DNA from: Chromera velia
Taxonomy: Eukaryota
Length of the DNA: 51,690 nt
Direction of reading: 5' to 3'
Assembly: GCA_018398765.1 (NCBI GenBank)
Contig: JAHBMJ010000297.1
Location: 1 to 51,690 of the forward strand
Within the stretch, counting starts at the first letter, position 1. Every line of letters starts with the position of its first letter. The notes below the pieces were generated by a model, which was not told the DNA's origin, searched no databases, and worked only from the letters and a program-made list of their open reading frames with translations. Positions 38,304-49,900 of this stretch are shown piece by piece. The position numbers were made by a program, and so were the translations under genes.

Positions 38304-38751
38304 TTAAGGTCCAAGTATAGCTCCATCATATTAGAGTAAACCTAGAAATGAATGTGTGAAGTTGTACTGTGACTAAGGTGTGCACTCAAAAAAAAAAAAA
38401 AAGTGAAAAGTCTTTTAGTTTTTTTTTTTTAGAAGACAAACGTGTGAAACTTTTTCTGAAAGGCAATTCATGACCTAGTTTATGACAATCTAAAGTCCGC
38501 CTAGCACTCCTACATAGTAGTACTATGAATAAGGACCCTAATGCTAGCCATAATGATACTTTATACTAGACTTTATATTTATTCTAGCAAATTCAGGTTA
38601 CAACAGCAACAACCCGTGAACTCAAGGAAGCAAAGACGCAGCCCGCGGGGACCAACTTCAACAGATTTGTTCACCTATCAGATCTAGTCATAGGAACATA
38701 AAAGGGACATATTTGGTCCACGTATAAGCAACTGGAGAGGTGATTAGAGGG

Positions 38752-39057
38752 AGCAGAACGTGCAAGCGGGCCGGCACCGGCTAACCGGTCCCGCCGCACA
38801 GCGCGCATCCAGAGAGCCATGACCGAGCACGTACGTATCTTGCAGATCGATGCATGCAAAATTAATTGTATGTACGTAAATGCATGTAAACAGTAATTCG
38901 ACGATACAGAATGATGGAGTCAGATAAGTCAGAGACTTGATTGATGGTTGGAAGTGAAGTAGCCTTGCTTCACACACCTTCTGAATACGAACACCTATAA
39001 GTGCTGAGTGCGCTCAAGGGCAAAGGCGCCCCTAGACAAGCAGTGTCTAGCTCTTTC
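38752..39057 (+). repeat. 5' LTR
   Basis: Direct repeat of 44695-45000. I count 11 substitutions and no indels. Confidence 0.92.
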
Positions 39058-39070
39058 TGGTAACAACCCA
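39058..39070 (+). promoter_or_regulatory. Primer-binding-site-like sequence TGGTAACAACCCA
   Basis: Begins with TGG immediately after the 5' LTR. The cognate tRNA is not identified. Confidence 0.55.
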
Positions 39071-39078
39071 ACGAGAGA

Positions 39079-42000
39079 ATGAGTGAGTCGGGATCGCCGT
39101 TTCCGGTTCTACAGAATGACCAGGTCTTCAAGCCCTGGTAGGATCAGTGCATATCGAAAACAGAAGGGGCAGAAAAGCTCTTCGGTGCCTCTGATGAGAA
39201 TATTGCACAACGGCAGGCAAGCAGAATTTACGCAGCAACTCATAAGCATTCAATTGTTGGAAAGTCCATCCAACATCTTTTCGATCAAAAGAATGACTCC
39301 CATGACACGACGTTCCACAATGCTGGCACCCTTAAGAGAGATTAGGTCAAGTACAAAGACACCCTTTTAGACAAAATCAAACAGCTCCTTGAAGAAACTG
39401 CGAAGGCCAAATCCAAAAAGAATGTGCGTGAATGGCGTGTGCTTGCGGATAACGGCTGAGATTTCGCATCGTTTCAACTTCTTGTCGACTTCTTCGAGGT
39501 ACTGGAGAAGGAGATGAAGGACTCAAAGGGAGAGAAGGACGTGCCTGATTCCTTGAAAGGGGAAGCTGTGTTTGCTTGTTTCCCTGCCTACAACCAGAGG
39601 ATGTTGGGGACAGATTGGGATGAAGACGATCTGTCCGACTACGGAAAATTGATTGCGGAGGCAAAGAAGCTCGCATGCAAGACCCAAACCAACATCATCA
39701 CGGAACCAGCAGGAGGTCCGCCTGCCTGGCAGACCGCCACCACCAACAACATCACTCAGACGAAGAAAGCCGCAGTCGTCAAGCAGGAGGCTGCCTTTGT
39801 CGGTGGCGCTGGGTTCCCTCCGAGGGGGAGGAATAGAGGCAAAGGGCGGGGAAGAGGCAGTTCAGGGGCAGGTCGAGGAGGAGGTTATGGGAGGCAAGAG
39901 AGAGGCCAAGAAATGAACCCAAACGATTGCCCAAAGTGTGGCAGGGCAGGAGGGCATGACCCAGAATGGCTTGAGAAGAATGATTGTCCGGGGAAGACAC
40001 ATACGTGCGAGATCTGTAGGAAATACGGACACAGGCCACGCGTGTGCAGAAAGAAGGGGGACACTGCAAACACCCCCCAAGCATCCATATCCAACTCCAG
40101 AGGCAGAGGAGGCCCCCATTCATAGAGGGGACGTGGAGGGATGCAAGCTGCTCGAGGTGGTGGCCCTGGACGATTCGATGGCAAGGCAACCTACTACGCT
40201 CAACATGAGAAGAATGGTCAAGGGTGCACACCTGACCAATATGAGGTCAGCAGACTTACGGGACATCGTTCCCAGTCTGGAAAAGGTTTCCAGAAGGCAG
40301 GCCACCTTCTTGAGTGTTTTCGAAATAATATGTGCATGTCTGTGCTTCCTCACTCATCTCCCTTCTCTCTGTCTCTCTGGCATTGGCAGGGTGCGGAGGG
40401 AGGAATTCGACAGACATCACACACGACATTCCGGATGAGGGATGGTGCGCCCCAACCATTCTTTGTCGACGTGAAGGAGCACCACGCCTGCATGATGGAC
40501 TCCACTGGAGATGATACGAGACCCTCAGACAAGTTAGTATCGGTCAGTCAACACAGACCTGCTGCACGCCGTCGGATGCACATCGACTCATGCACCACGG
40601 CACCCATAGGATGGGAGAGAGAGCTGGGAGGAATGGTTCTCTGGAGTAGGCCGTCTAACATGTCTTTTGGGCTTGCGCACAAAAAGGCAGAAAAGAAGAT
40701 CCGAATCTCCCGTCTCGCATGCATTGCACAGAAATGCAAAGTCAGAGGGGTAGGCTGGCAAGTTCTTTTTGTCATGGTCTATCTGACGCATGACTCAATG
40801 CCATATCTGATGAAACAGGATGATGCTGAGGGGGAGACGATTTTGCGAAAAGAGGGGAAGGAATATATATGGTCGTGAGGGATGCCAGGGGGTTCTTAGC
40901 AGAAACCCTCGTTGACAATCCAAGGGGAGACGGCCGCACAACAAACCTTCCGTTCACAGACGTCATTGTTCCCCGTACTGACGAAGTAGCAGCAGTAATG
41001 AGAGACGAGGGGAGTGTGTGGGCTGTGGGGTTGCGCACCATCGGGTTTGAGGAACTGAGGGCAGAACACAGGAGATTCGGGCACGTAGGCAGAGACAAGC
41101 TAGAGCCCACACTTGCCTGCAGGGGGATGCAGGCAAGGAGTGAAGACTGGAAGAGGCTTGAGACAGAGTGCCGACTGTGTCCTGTTAAAAACGTAACCAT
41201 CCCCACTCTAGCTCCAGTACCCACCCGACATGAGGATGCGGGTGGGCCCTTCGACATCATGCAGATTGATCACTAGTTTCTCAATGATGATGAGGTGGCA
41301 GGGCCTCATAAATGCTGCATGCGGGTGATTGATGAGTGGGGGGGACTTGACCTTGACTACTCCTTCAGGTCACAAAACCAGTCCGTCGAGGGGTTCAAAG
41401 AGCATATTATCGACTTTGTTGAGTCGTTTGGGGGAGTACAATTCTAAAAGGAAGGGCCGAAGGCAGTAGCAGCACGCATCCGTTGCGATGATGTACCTGA
41501 ATTCCGAGGGGGGGAGTTTGGAGCGTTTGCAGAGCGAAGGGGAATGAGATTTGTGGACCATCCATCCGGAATCAAAGGAGCTCTAGGTTTTCTGGAGGGG
41601 AAAAACAGGCATGCAAGAGCAGAGCTTGGTGCCTTTCGGGCTGAATGGAAGTGCCGGTTTAGTTCATGCCCCAAATCCCTCTGGGGTCATATGGCCAGAG
41701 GGATCAGCATCACCAGAGCCAAGACATACAGCAAGGTGCTTCGCACCTCCCAATGGAAGAAAACCTTCGGCTCTGACCCTCCGTACCATTTTCTCTGCGG
41801 AAATGTGGGTGTGTTGCGAACTGCAGAGAGTGGAATCGAACTTCCAGGCAGCGAGGTTGTGTGGCTATATGAGAAGAACAAAAACCTTGCTGTCGTGACT
41901 CGAAAGCAACCGAACCGTGATGTGTGGGACATCATTCACATGCATCCCCACTACGTGAAACCAGTGAAGAGGGGTATTGTGGCATGTTGGGAGGGGCCTG

Positions 42001-44624
42001 AATGGGTCCCCGAGAGCAACGAATCGCAACAGCAGCAGCCCTACGCCATTCCCCCTTCTTCTGAAGAGTCCTCCCAGAATGATTTCCTTCCCGCCCCCCC
42101 TGTCCAAGGAGATGCATCCAATGAGGGGGTGCATGGTCACGCTTCTGGTGGGGGGGTGCAGCAAGCCGATGGACAGGCAGCAGTCCCAGAGCAGCATGGG
42201 GCTGATGTGTCACCAGCTTCACAGGAACGCTACACAGGCATCCTTGTGCAAGGAAGGAATAACCAGCTGGTCCCCATAGCCATGACTGGAAAGGCATTCA
42301 AATGGACCGTCCCCGTCTCCTCACTGTTAAAGCAGCCAGATGGCATCTAAAATTTTTTCGGCATCTCCTCGAATGTGCGCAAAGCAAATGTACTGCGTTA
42401 TTTCGAGATTATAGGGGGTCGTATTCCTTCTGCAATCGAAACACAGATTTCACCCCCTTTCTCATTGCAGGCGGGGGGGTGTATGAACAATCAAGCACCT
42501 GCTCAGGGAGAGGGAGATGGAGACAGAGAGGGAAGGGACGAGTCACCTGATGGGAGAGACCACGAACCGAAACACAGTGATAATGAGGATTCTCTCTTCG
42601 GAGAGAACTTCCTCGCACCCGATGCCCTGATAAGAGGACAGTTGGGTGGAAACAACAAATAAGAACAGGATGGGGGGCCTCTGGGGGCAGACCTTGGAGA
42701 TGAGCCTCCTGCAGACAACGTCTTCTTTCTTGCTCCTCCCCACGACTGTTTCTACCTAGGACCGGACCCCGAGCATCCTATCACAGTCCCTGACGACTTC
42801 AAGCAGGGATCCACGCAAACCCCTGCACGTCCGGAAGAGGTCGAGAGGGGAGACTTCGATGAGGCATGCAGAGACGAGTGGCTGAAAAACATTATAGGTA
42901 AGGGGGTGCTGGGTAGGGTGGTCGACAGAAAGGAAGTGGACTCTGTCATATGCATAGGTTGGAGACTCACTTAGAAAGAGAAAGAAATCAAGCAGGCAGA
43001 AAAAGAAAAGGAAGAGAACAGGCAGAAGGAAGGGAAGGCAGGAATTGATCGGCAGTCAGGACGACAGGCAGACGGTTCTCAGGGAGACAGAGAGGCGCAA
43101 CAGCCTCGCAAGTACAAGGGCAGGAAAAGAAGGATGAAAAAGGACGAACCAAGACAGGCAAGGCCAGAGAACAGAAAGCCAAAAGCAAGATGCTTCGGAA
43201 AGGGTTTCACAGACAAAAGAGTGGTTGACACTTATATCAGCACACCTTCTATCTAAGCAATTCTTATGTTCTGTATTTTCTCTTTAACTTTCTGTCTCTC
43301 TCGTTTTGCGGGGGACATCTCTGGAGCGTTCTTCACTACCCCTGACAAGAATAAGAAGAGAGCCGCAGTCATCATTCCCGATTGGCTGCCGCACATTCCA
43401 GCCAAGAACCCATACGAAGACATAAACGACAAGGACTACAAGACCCTCAGAAAAACAGCCCCCGAAATCAAGCCAGAGGAGCTTCGATTGGTGGAAAAAG
43501 GACTCTACAGGATGCCCTGCTCAGGCAACATCTTTGACAAAAGCCTTGCAGGAGTCCAGGTGGAGGTAGGATACGAACGAGTAGAGACAGGGGTGGCAGT
43601 CAAAAGAGATGAGGCAGGTGAGCCCGCTGTGGGTGTCCAAATCAATTGGATTGATGATGTATTCGGGGTAAGGAGGGGTAGGAAAGAGACCGCAGAAGAA
43701 ATTGTATTCCTCACAAGCAGGTTTGAATGGGGACACCTCTCCGAACTTCCTTCTGATGCCAGTATCAAGTATGCCAGCATGGACTTCTCTTTCTTCAATG
43801 AGACAGTGGAGGTGTCTCAGAACTCATACAGCAGGGGGGTCAACACAGATGCCCTTTGGAGAACGATCAGAGAAAAGAGAAAGAAGGGGGAAGTGAAAGC
43901 CACAGAACTCGAACCCGCAACCGAAATGGAGAAGGAGGGGGGATTGGAGCCGCTCATGCGGAGTATCAATGGTGTGTTGCATTGGATGGTGCACATACGA
44001 CCCTCCAAACGTGTCTGGGCAGATGAGCTCAGTTACCACTCCACCCGACCATGCAGGAGAGTTGTCAGAGCAGCAGTCAGGGTCCTAGAAATGCTGAAGG
44101 AGAGGAAAGAGCCGATCCGTCTGCGGGCACTGAAACGATTCAAGAGAGTCATGCTAGCTGTACTAGATGACAGCTCCTACTCTCGAACGACCTACAGTAG
44201 AAGGTTGGGTTGGCTGATATTCTTGGTTGAAGAAGGATGGACTCCAGAGACAGCAATGCAGGAAGCCAATCCATGGCAGAACATCATAGCATGGCACACT
44301 GAACGCCACAACCATAAACATAGGAGCAGCACAGCAGCAGAAGCAACTACGTTCGAAAGCGTCATCAAGCATCTTCCCTGTTTGAAGACACTTGCAACCC
44401 ACCTGTAGGGCCAAGAACCGAAAGTACAATTCTTTACTGATTGCAACCCGTTCTTTGAACAGTTGAGGACGGGCATAGCAGCAGATGGTACCTCACAGGG
44501 GATGCTTGATTTCATTATACAGGAACTCAGACGGACCAGAGGGTCAGTGACTTGGTGTAGGAGAAAGGTCCAGATGGCCAACGCGCTGACTAAGCCGTGT
44601 TGGCCTGGGAAGGAATTTTTATGA
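39079..44624 (+). pseudogene. copia gag-pol pseudogene
   Basis: ATG at 39079. Motifs: zinc knuckle CEICRKYGHRPRVC; protease-like HIDSCTT; integrase HRRFGH..CRLC, QID, IRCD; RT KARCFGKGF, DISGAF, KGLY, WIDD; RNase H DDSSY, SSTAAEA, TDC, QMANALTK. There are 11 in-frame stops and one frameshift in the ATATAT run near 40863-40870. Confidence 0.9.
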
Positions 44625-44680
44625 GTAGAGAAGAACAAATGACAGAACAAGGATGACAGAAGAAAGACATAAATCTTTGC

Positions 44681-44692
44681 AAGATGGGGGGG
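44681..44692 (+). promoter_or_regulatory. Polypurine tract of the copia element
   Basis: AAGATGGGGGGG lies just before the 3' LTR. Confidence 0.65.
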
Positions 44693-44694
44693 TA

Positions 44695-45000
44695 AGCAGA
44701 ATGTGCAAGCGGGCCGGCACCGGCCAACCGGTCCCGCCACACAGCGCGCATCCAGAGAGCCATGACCGAGCACGTACGCATCTTGCAGATCAATGCATGC
44801 AAAATTAATTGCATGTACGTAAATACATGTAAACAGTAATTCGACGATACAGAATTATGGAGTCAGATAAGTCAGAGACTTGATTGAGGGTTGGAAGTGA
44901 AGTAGCCTTGCTTCACACACCTTCTGAATACGAACACCTATAAGTGCTGAGTGCGCTCAAGGGTAAAGGCGCCCCTAGATAAGCAGTGTCTAGCTCTTTC
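44695..45000 (+). repeat. 3' LTR
   Basis: Direct repeat of 38752-39057. Confidence 0.92.
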
Positions 45001-45661
45001 TAAGAGAAAGGGGGGGCGTCGCCTGAAAAGAAAAGCCGTACCAAATAATTAATTCATTTACTAATTCATAGAAATTACTAATTCATAGTCTATCTATAAT
45101 GAAATAGCTATAGGACTAGCTATATAGTGAAAGCTAAGGTGGTAGAGAAAGGGTTGAACAGTGAACACTAGAGGTAAAAGCTTAGGTTGAATGATTAAAA
45201 AAAATAAAAATAAAAATTCAAAACCCCTTTTATTATTTTTTTTTTTAGTGCACACCCTAGCACTGTGAACCCCATCATGATAGAACTAATGTCAACTAGC
45301 TTCAAACGTTTATATGAACATCTAGATAAATATGCATTAATTTAATCCAACAAAAATTTGAATAAAATTTTATAACTAGTTTCAGATATATCAGTTGGAT
45401 TCAGAATTCCGAATTTACTACTTAAATGTAGACTTGAATTTGGAAATTGGAATCAAATTCTTCCTCAATTAGAATTCATATACGTTTTGAATGAACAAAT
45501 CCTTTTGGAGGTTGGATACAAGGTACTGCAAGTTCTAGTGCTAGTTCTAGTGTGAGGTATAGATCTAGGTATAGATGTGGATTCATTGTGCCATGATGAT
45601 TGTGGAAGTCTAAAACATGGCCCTAATAACAACCGCGCATCACTTCAGTCAATCAATCAAT

Positions 45662-46501
45662 CTATTCTCTATCGTCCCACTCTCCTCCACTCGGAGTCTC
45701 TCCTTCCAATAGCTCTCCTTCCCCTCCGCTATCGTCTCCTCCCCAACCTTCTGACTCTGTCTCCCGAGGTCCTTCCATCTCTTCATCCGCAGAATTTCGC
45801 TTCTTCCCCCTCCCATTCTTCTCCTTCTCTGTCTCCTCATCAGAAGAGGGGTGCACGACTCCGGCAGGAAAGCGCCGCTGAGCGTTTCTCTTCGCTCCCA
45901 CCACACACTCAGGCATCACACGGGCCGTGCCAGAACCGAATCGCCCGACCGTAGTTTGACTTGGCGCACTTGCCGCCGTACCTTCGTTTTCCTCGACAGA
46001 AAAGTGGACCACATCGCCCCGAAATGACGGCTTCTTGAAGACAAACTTCGATGTACACCCCGAAAGGGTAGAATCAAAAGGCTGAGCAGGCTGCCCGACC
46101 CCCTGTTGAGCTTTCCGGGCTCTGAGCTCTGAGAGGAAGGACATGGCGGCACTCTTCATCTTCATGTCCTCTTCTGCGTCATCTTCTTCTTCAAATGTGT
46201 ACAAAGTAAAACCTTTGCGCTCTGGAATCGCGGGATGGCTTGTGGTCGGGTCGGGTTGGCTTGTTGTCGCCTCACCCATCACCACATCTCCGTCTCCGCC
46301 TCTGTTTTCTGTGCCGTCTCGAACTTGGTGAAGGGTCTGAACTTCATACTCGACCCCTGGTCCTTCCTGCTGTCTGCTAAAGGGGTCAGAGATTGGTCGG
46401 CCTTCCCGCAGCGCCGCAGAAGGCGAATCAATTCGGGAGAAAACCGCATGCAACCTTTCTTCAAAACTCAAAGAACCCCCAACAGACTCACCACCTGACA
46501 T
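45662..46501 (-). CDS. TSSC4: TSSC4-like protein (U5 snRNP-associated), intronless
   Basis: 279-aa ORF with short motifs in TSSC4 order: SFEERLHAVFSRI, FTLYTFEE..AAMSFLSEL, FKKP, VMPECVVG. Recognised from memory of the family. Confidence 0.62.
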   Translation of the reverse strand: MSGGESVGGSLSFEERLHAVFSRIDSPSAALREGRPISDPFSRQQEGPGVEYEVQTLHQVRDGTENRGGDGDVVMGEATTSQPDPTTSHPAIPERKGFTLYTFEEEDDAEEDMKMKSAAMSFLSELRARKAQQGVGQPAQPFDSTLSGCTSKFVFKKPSFRGDVVHFSVEENEGTAASAPSQTTVGRFGSGTARVMPECVVGAKRNAQRRFPAGVVHPSSDEETEKEKNGRGKKRNSADEEMEGPRETESEGWGGDDSGGEGELLEGETPSGGEWDDRE

Positions 46502-46945
46502 GGCGACGAGCCGGACAGATGCAGAAAAAAGTCAAAACTTCAGATCTTTGCCTGCTTCGCACTGCTTGAGATACCCCTCTGTGTATGTTTAAAAGATCTT
46601 ACCAATATGTATGCTGCTCTAAGATGACAGCAGCACGGAGATGGTGCATGCAACTTATCGAAGAGAGATTGTTGCAGATTGAGCATGCACGCATGCGACC
46701 CGCCTGCCCCCCCCGCGGCCGCAGGCGCGGCCCCGCACTGCATGCAGCTTCTGTGCGTGACCCCGCGGCCGGCCGGCCGCGCGGAGCTTTTCGAAGAAAG
46801 CCGTCTCTGCTGCCAGGAAGCCTTCATTCATGTGCCCCTTCTTCTCTTGTGCACTGCTTCTACTCCTGGAGAAAGTTTTTGAAGTTCATCTGGCCATTTT
46901 TTCCGACAAAGTTGGACTCTTTGAACGAGAGCGACACCGAGCAAG
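46502..46945. promoter_or_regulatory. Bidirectional promoter between the divergent TSSC4-like and LSMT genes
   Basis: 444-bp intergenic region with TGCATGCA at 46645 and 46739, further GCATGC copies and GC-rich CGCGGCCG boxes. Confidence 0.55.
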
Positions 46946-49900
46946 ATGAGGCGTCTCTTCGGGTCTCTGGGCACTCTCTCAGCTCTGAGTCTCCTCTCTC
47001 CCGGAGAGGCCTTCCGGGTCATCTCTCTGCCTCAGACCCTGAGCGGTCGCTCTCCTTTTCAGAGAGAGAGTGCAAAGGCTGGTTCCAGGCTGCACTTGCA
47101 GAAAGGGGTAGAGACGTCGACAGAGAGCGGCACAGTGGACAGTAGGGCAGAGAAGATTGCTGCTTTTGAGGATTGGTTGATTGATAGAGGATTTGACTAT
47201 GACGAGTGCGGGGCAGCTCTGGGTACTGATTCGAGAGGGGGCATTGGTCTGTTTGCAACAAAGAACTTCAAAACAGATGAACCGGTGTTGAAGATGCCGG
47301 AGAAATTCTGTTTGGGCATTGAGGAGGCAAGGAAGCTCCCGAATGTGGGGAGCGTATTGAAAAATACAGAGCTGGAGAACAATCAACAGATGCTCTTGGC
47401 TCTTCTTTTGGTTTATCACAAGCAGTTAGGGAAGGAGTCACCATACTTCCCCTGGCTTGAACTGATGCCGTCTCTTGAGGAGATGAACCTCCCGTTTGTT
47501 TGGTCAGAGGAGGAAAGGAAAGAACTGCAAAGTTCCACCACAAAGAACATTGATGGGTTCATCGACGGATGGAATGAGATTCTTGATGTAGTCACAAGTT
47601 GGGGGGTTGTGGATCTCTTGAATGACGAAAAAGATATTCCCATCGATGCCGAAGCCCCAACACCAAAATTGTTCTGTACCCGAGAGGAGTGGTACTGGGC
47701 CGTCTCGGTCATTTTGTCCCGGTCCACTTACCTTGACGGCAGTCTCCGTCTCTGTCCCTTGATGGATTTCTGCAACCATAGTCCCGAGGCTGTGGGTGAG
47801 ATCGAGTTGGTGTCAACGAAGGGTTTCATGAATTTGATCTCCTTCGAGGATGCCGTGCAAGTGAAGGCACAGGGCAAGCTGTACCCAGGTTGGTTTGGCT
47901 TATTAGAGGGGGTGGGTCGGTGGGGAGGGGTGTGTGTTGGAGCAGGTGGTGCCTGTGCAACTGAATTGACTGTTCTTGTTGTCTTCTTTCTTTCCAATCT
48001 GGGGCTTTTTTGGCTTTTTCTTGCCTGACGTGAAAGTACACAGTCGGGTGTTTTTTCGGCTTTGTCTTGCCTGATGTGAACATACGCAGTGTGCTTGTCC
48101 TTCCCTCGGTATCTGATTGGAAAGAAAAGTCTTCATACCCTGAGGGGCTTCTTGCTGGAACATCTGCCGTTTGTCGTCTGCTTTTCCTGTGTGTGCTTTG
48201 GGGTGTGCCCTGTGTCTGCTTCCTCCCCGAGTATTCTTTCAGCTTCCAGCAGAAGTGCAGATCTGTGTGTGTATGGTATGCCGTTCTCTGCTGTATTCCC
48301 TTTCTGTCCCTCTCTGTTGGTATGCAGGTGAGGAGGTGCTGTGCAACTACGGCAAATTCCGCAATGCAGCGGACTATCTGATGTTCTACGGTTTTGTGCC
48401 TCCGAAGACGTTCGAGATGTGTGAGTTCGTGGCAGACATCGACGAGGACGACAGATTCATTGCCGACAAGGAGGGGGTGATGGAAGACGAGGGCCAGTCG
48501 ATGACTCAGGCGTTCGACGTGTACGGTACAAAGTCGAGGAACATGGATCCTGCGCTGATTCAGTTCCTCCGATTCCGCGTGCTGGGAGGGAAGGACGCGT
48601 TTCTACTGGAGCCTGTTTTCTTTAGCAAGGTCAGACGACAGGCAGGCAGACAGACAGACACAGACAGATACAGACAGACAGATACAGACAGACAGACACT
48701 TCTTTCACTCCTTTCGTGAGGTGCTTGGCGATGGGTGCTGTTTTTGAGTTGTTGTCTTCGTCAGGGGTCGCTTTAAGTGGAAGGGATCGCTTGAGGGGTT
48801 GGATGGTTCTCATTTGCGCTTTTTTATTTTCGGTGGCGACGGCAGAGGAAGGAGGTTTGGAAGAGATTTGGGTGACCATTTTGTGTTGAACCTTTAAGAA
48901 GTGGGGAGAAGGGAAGATGAGGGGAACACGTGGGTGTTTCTGTATATTTTTTTCTCTCTCGTTGCTGGACCTTGTCACCTTGAATCCAAATCCATTTGCG
49001 TGTTTGCTCACATGTGTCTCTCTGCCTGCCTGCCCGCCTGCCTGCGTATGCAACTGCGCACACATGCAGGTATGGACGTTCATGCGCCAGCCCGTGACGC
49101 CTCGCAACGAGGCCGCCATGCTCGAATACCTCCAGTTGCGTCTGGATCAGAACCTGAGGGAGATTGAGGAGACGGAGAGACAGATCCAAAAAACGGAAGA
49201 GAAGGCAGGGGAGGAGGAAGAGGCAGGATCAAAAGGGGCAGCAGGGGGGGGCGAGAAAGCAATTGAGGGCGCTGCAGGTCTCTCCGAGGAGGTGGATGAG
49301 GGGGGAGATCTCTTGACGCAATTTCGTGCCAAGGCGAGCAACGTTCCCAAGGCAAGAGTCTTCAAGATTGGGAACAGGAAGGTGGTAGAGGATGAGACTT
49401 CCGTTCCTCTCGTTGTGAACCCGTCTCTGCGTTCTGACCGAGCTAAGATGATGGGCATTGTCCGAGCTCAGGAGAAAATTGTTCTCCGAAACGCTTTGGA
49501 ATGGTGTCATAACCATGCGAACATGTTGGCCAATTTTGAGTACTACCATGAGAGACGGTTGCGTAGTTTGGGTCTAGCTCAAGACCCTGTGGGACAAGGG
49601 AGTGCCGTTGATCATTATCCGGATGAAGACTTCAGAGTGCGTTCCCCTGAGGCTCTTCGAAATGCGTGGGAGGAAGAGAGGGAGGCCAAGAAGGCAGAGG
49701 AGGAGAGACGAAAAGAGAGAGAACAGATGGCTGCGTATCTCTCTCCTCTCTCTGAAGCGTATAAAAAACCGCAACCGGGCCAAGCGCCGGTGTTGGTAGA
49801 TCAGGACAAAGCACGTGAGCAGCTGAGAGCAGAGAGGGAGTTGAAAAGGCAGCAAGAGAATTTTGAAAAGTCGATGGAGGGTGCTGATTGGCCCTCATTT

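Larger units (their letters stand above)
38752..45000 (+). mobile_element. Full-length, inactivated Ty1/copia LTR retrotransposon
   Basis: Two 306-bp LTRs, a PBS-like TGG site, a polypurine tract, and domain order gag-PR-INT-RT-RNaseH. Confidence 0.93.
38373..45260. mobile_element. Non-autonomous TIR element (~640 bp, hAT-like 8-bp TSD) interrupted by the copia insertion
   Basis: TIRs CTAAGGTGTGCACTC(A)n at 38373 and (T)nAGTGCACACCCTAG ending at 45260. Flanking 8-mers are TACTGTGA (38365-38372) and CACTGTGA (45261-45268). Confidence 0.65.

Noticed and set aside
38900..38912. ACGATACAGA similarity to U6 snRNA
   Set aside because: Only about 10 nt, inside the LTR, with no other U6 features.
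40290..40390. Intron-like pyrimidine tract ending in CAG within gag-pol
   Set aside because: The reading frame is open through it and there is no convincing donor. It cannot be supported without transcripts.
39079..44624. Alternative genetic code (TAA/TAG = Gln) explaining the in-frame stops
   Set aside because: Some TAGs sit where Trp is more plausible. Sibling repeats in the Dada relic show CAG->TAG variation. The long host exons contain no in-frame TAR codons.
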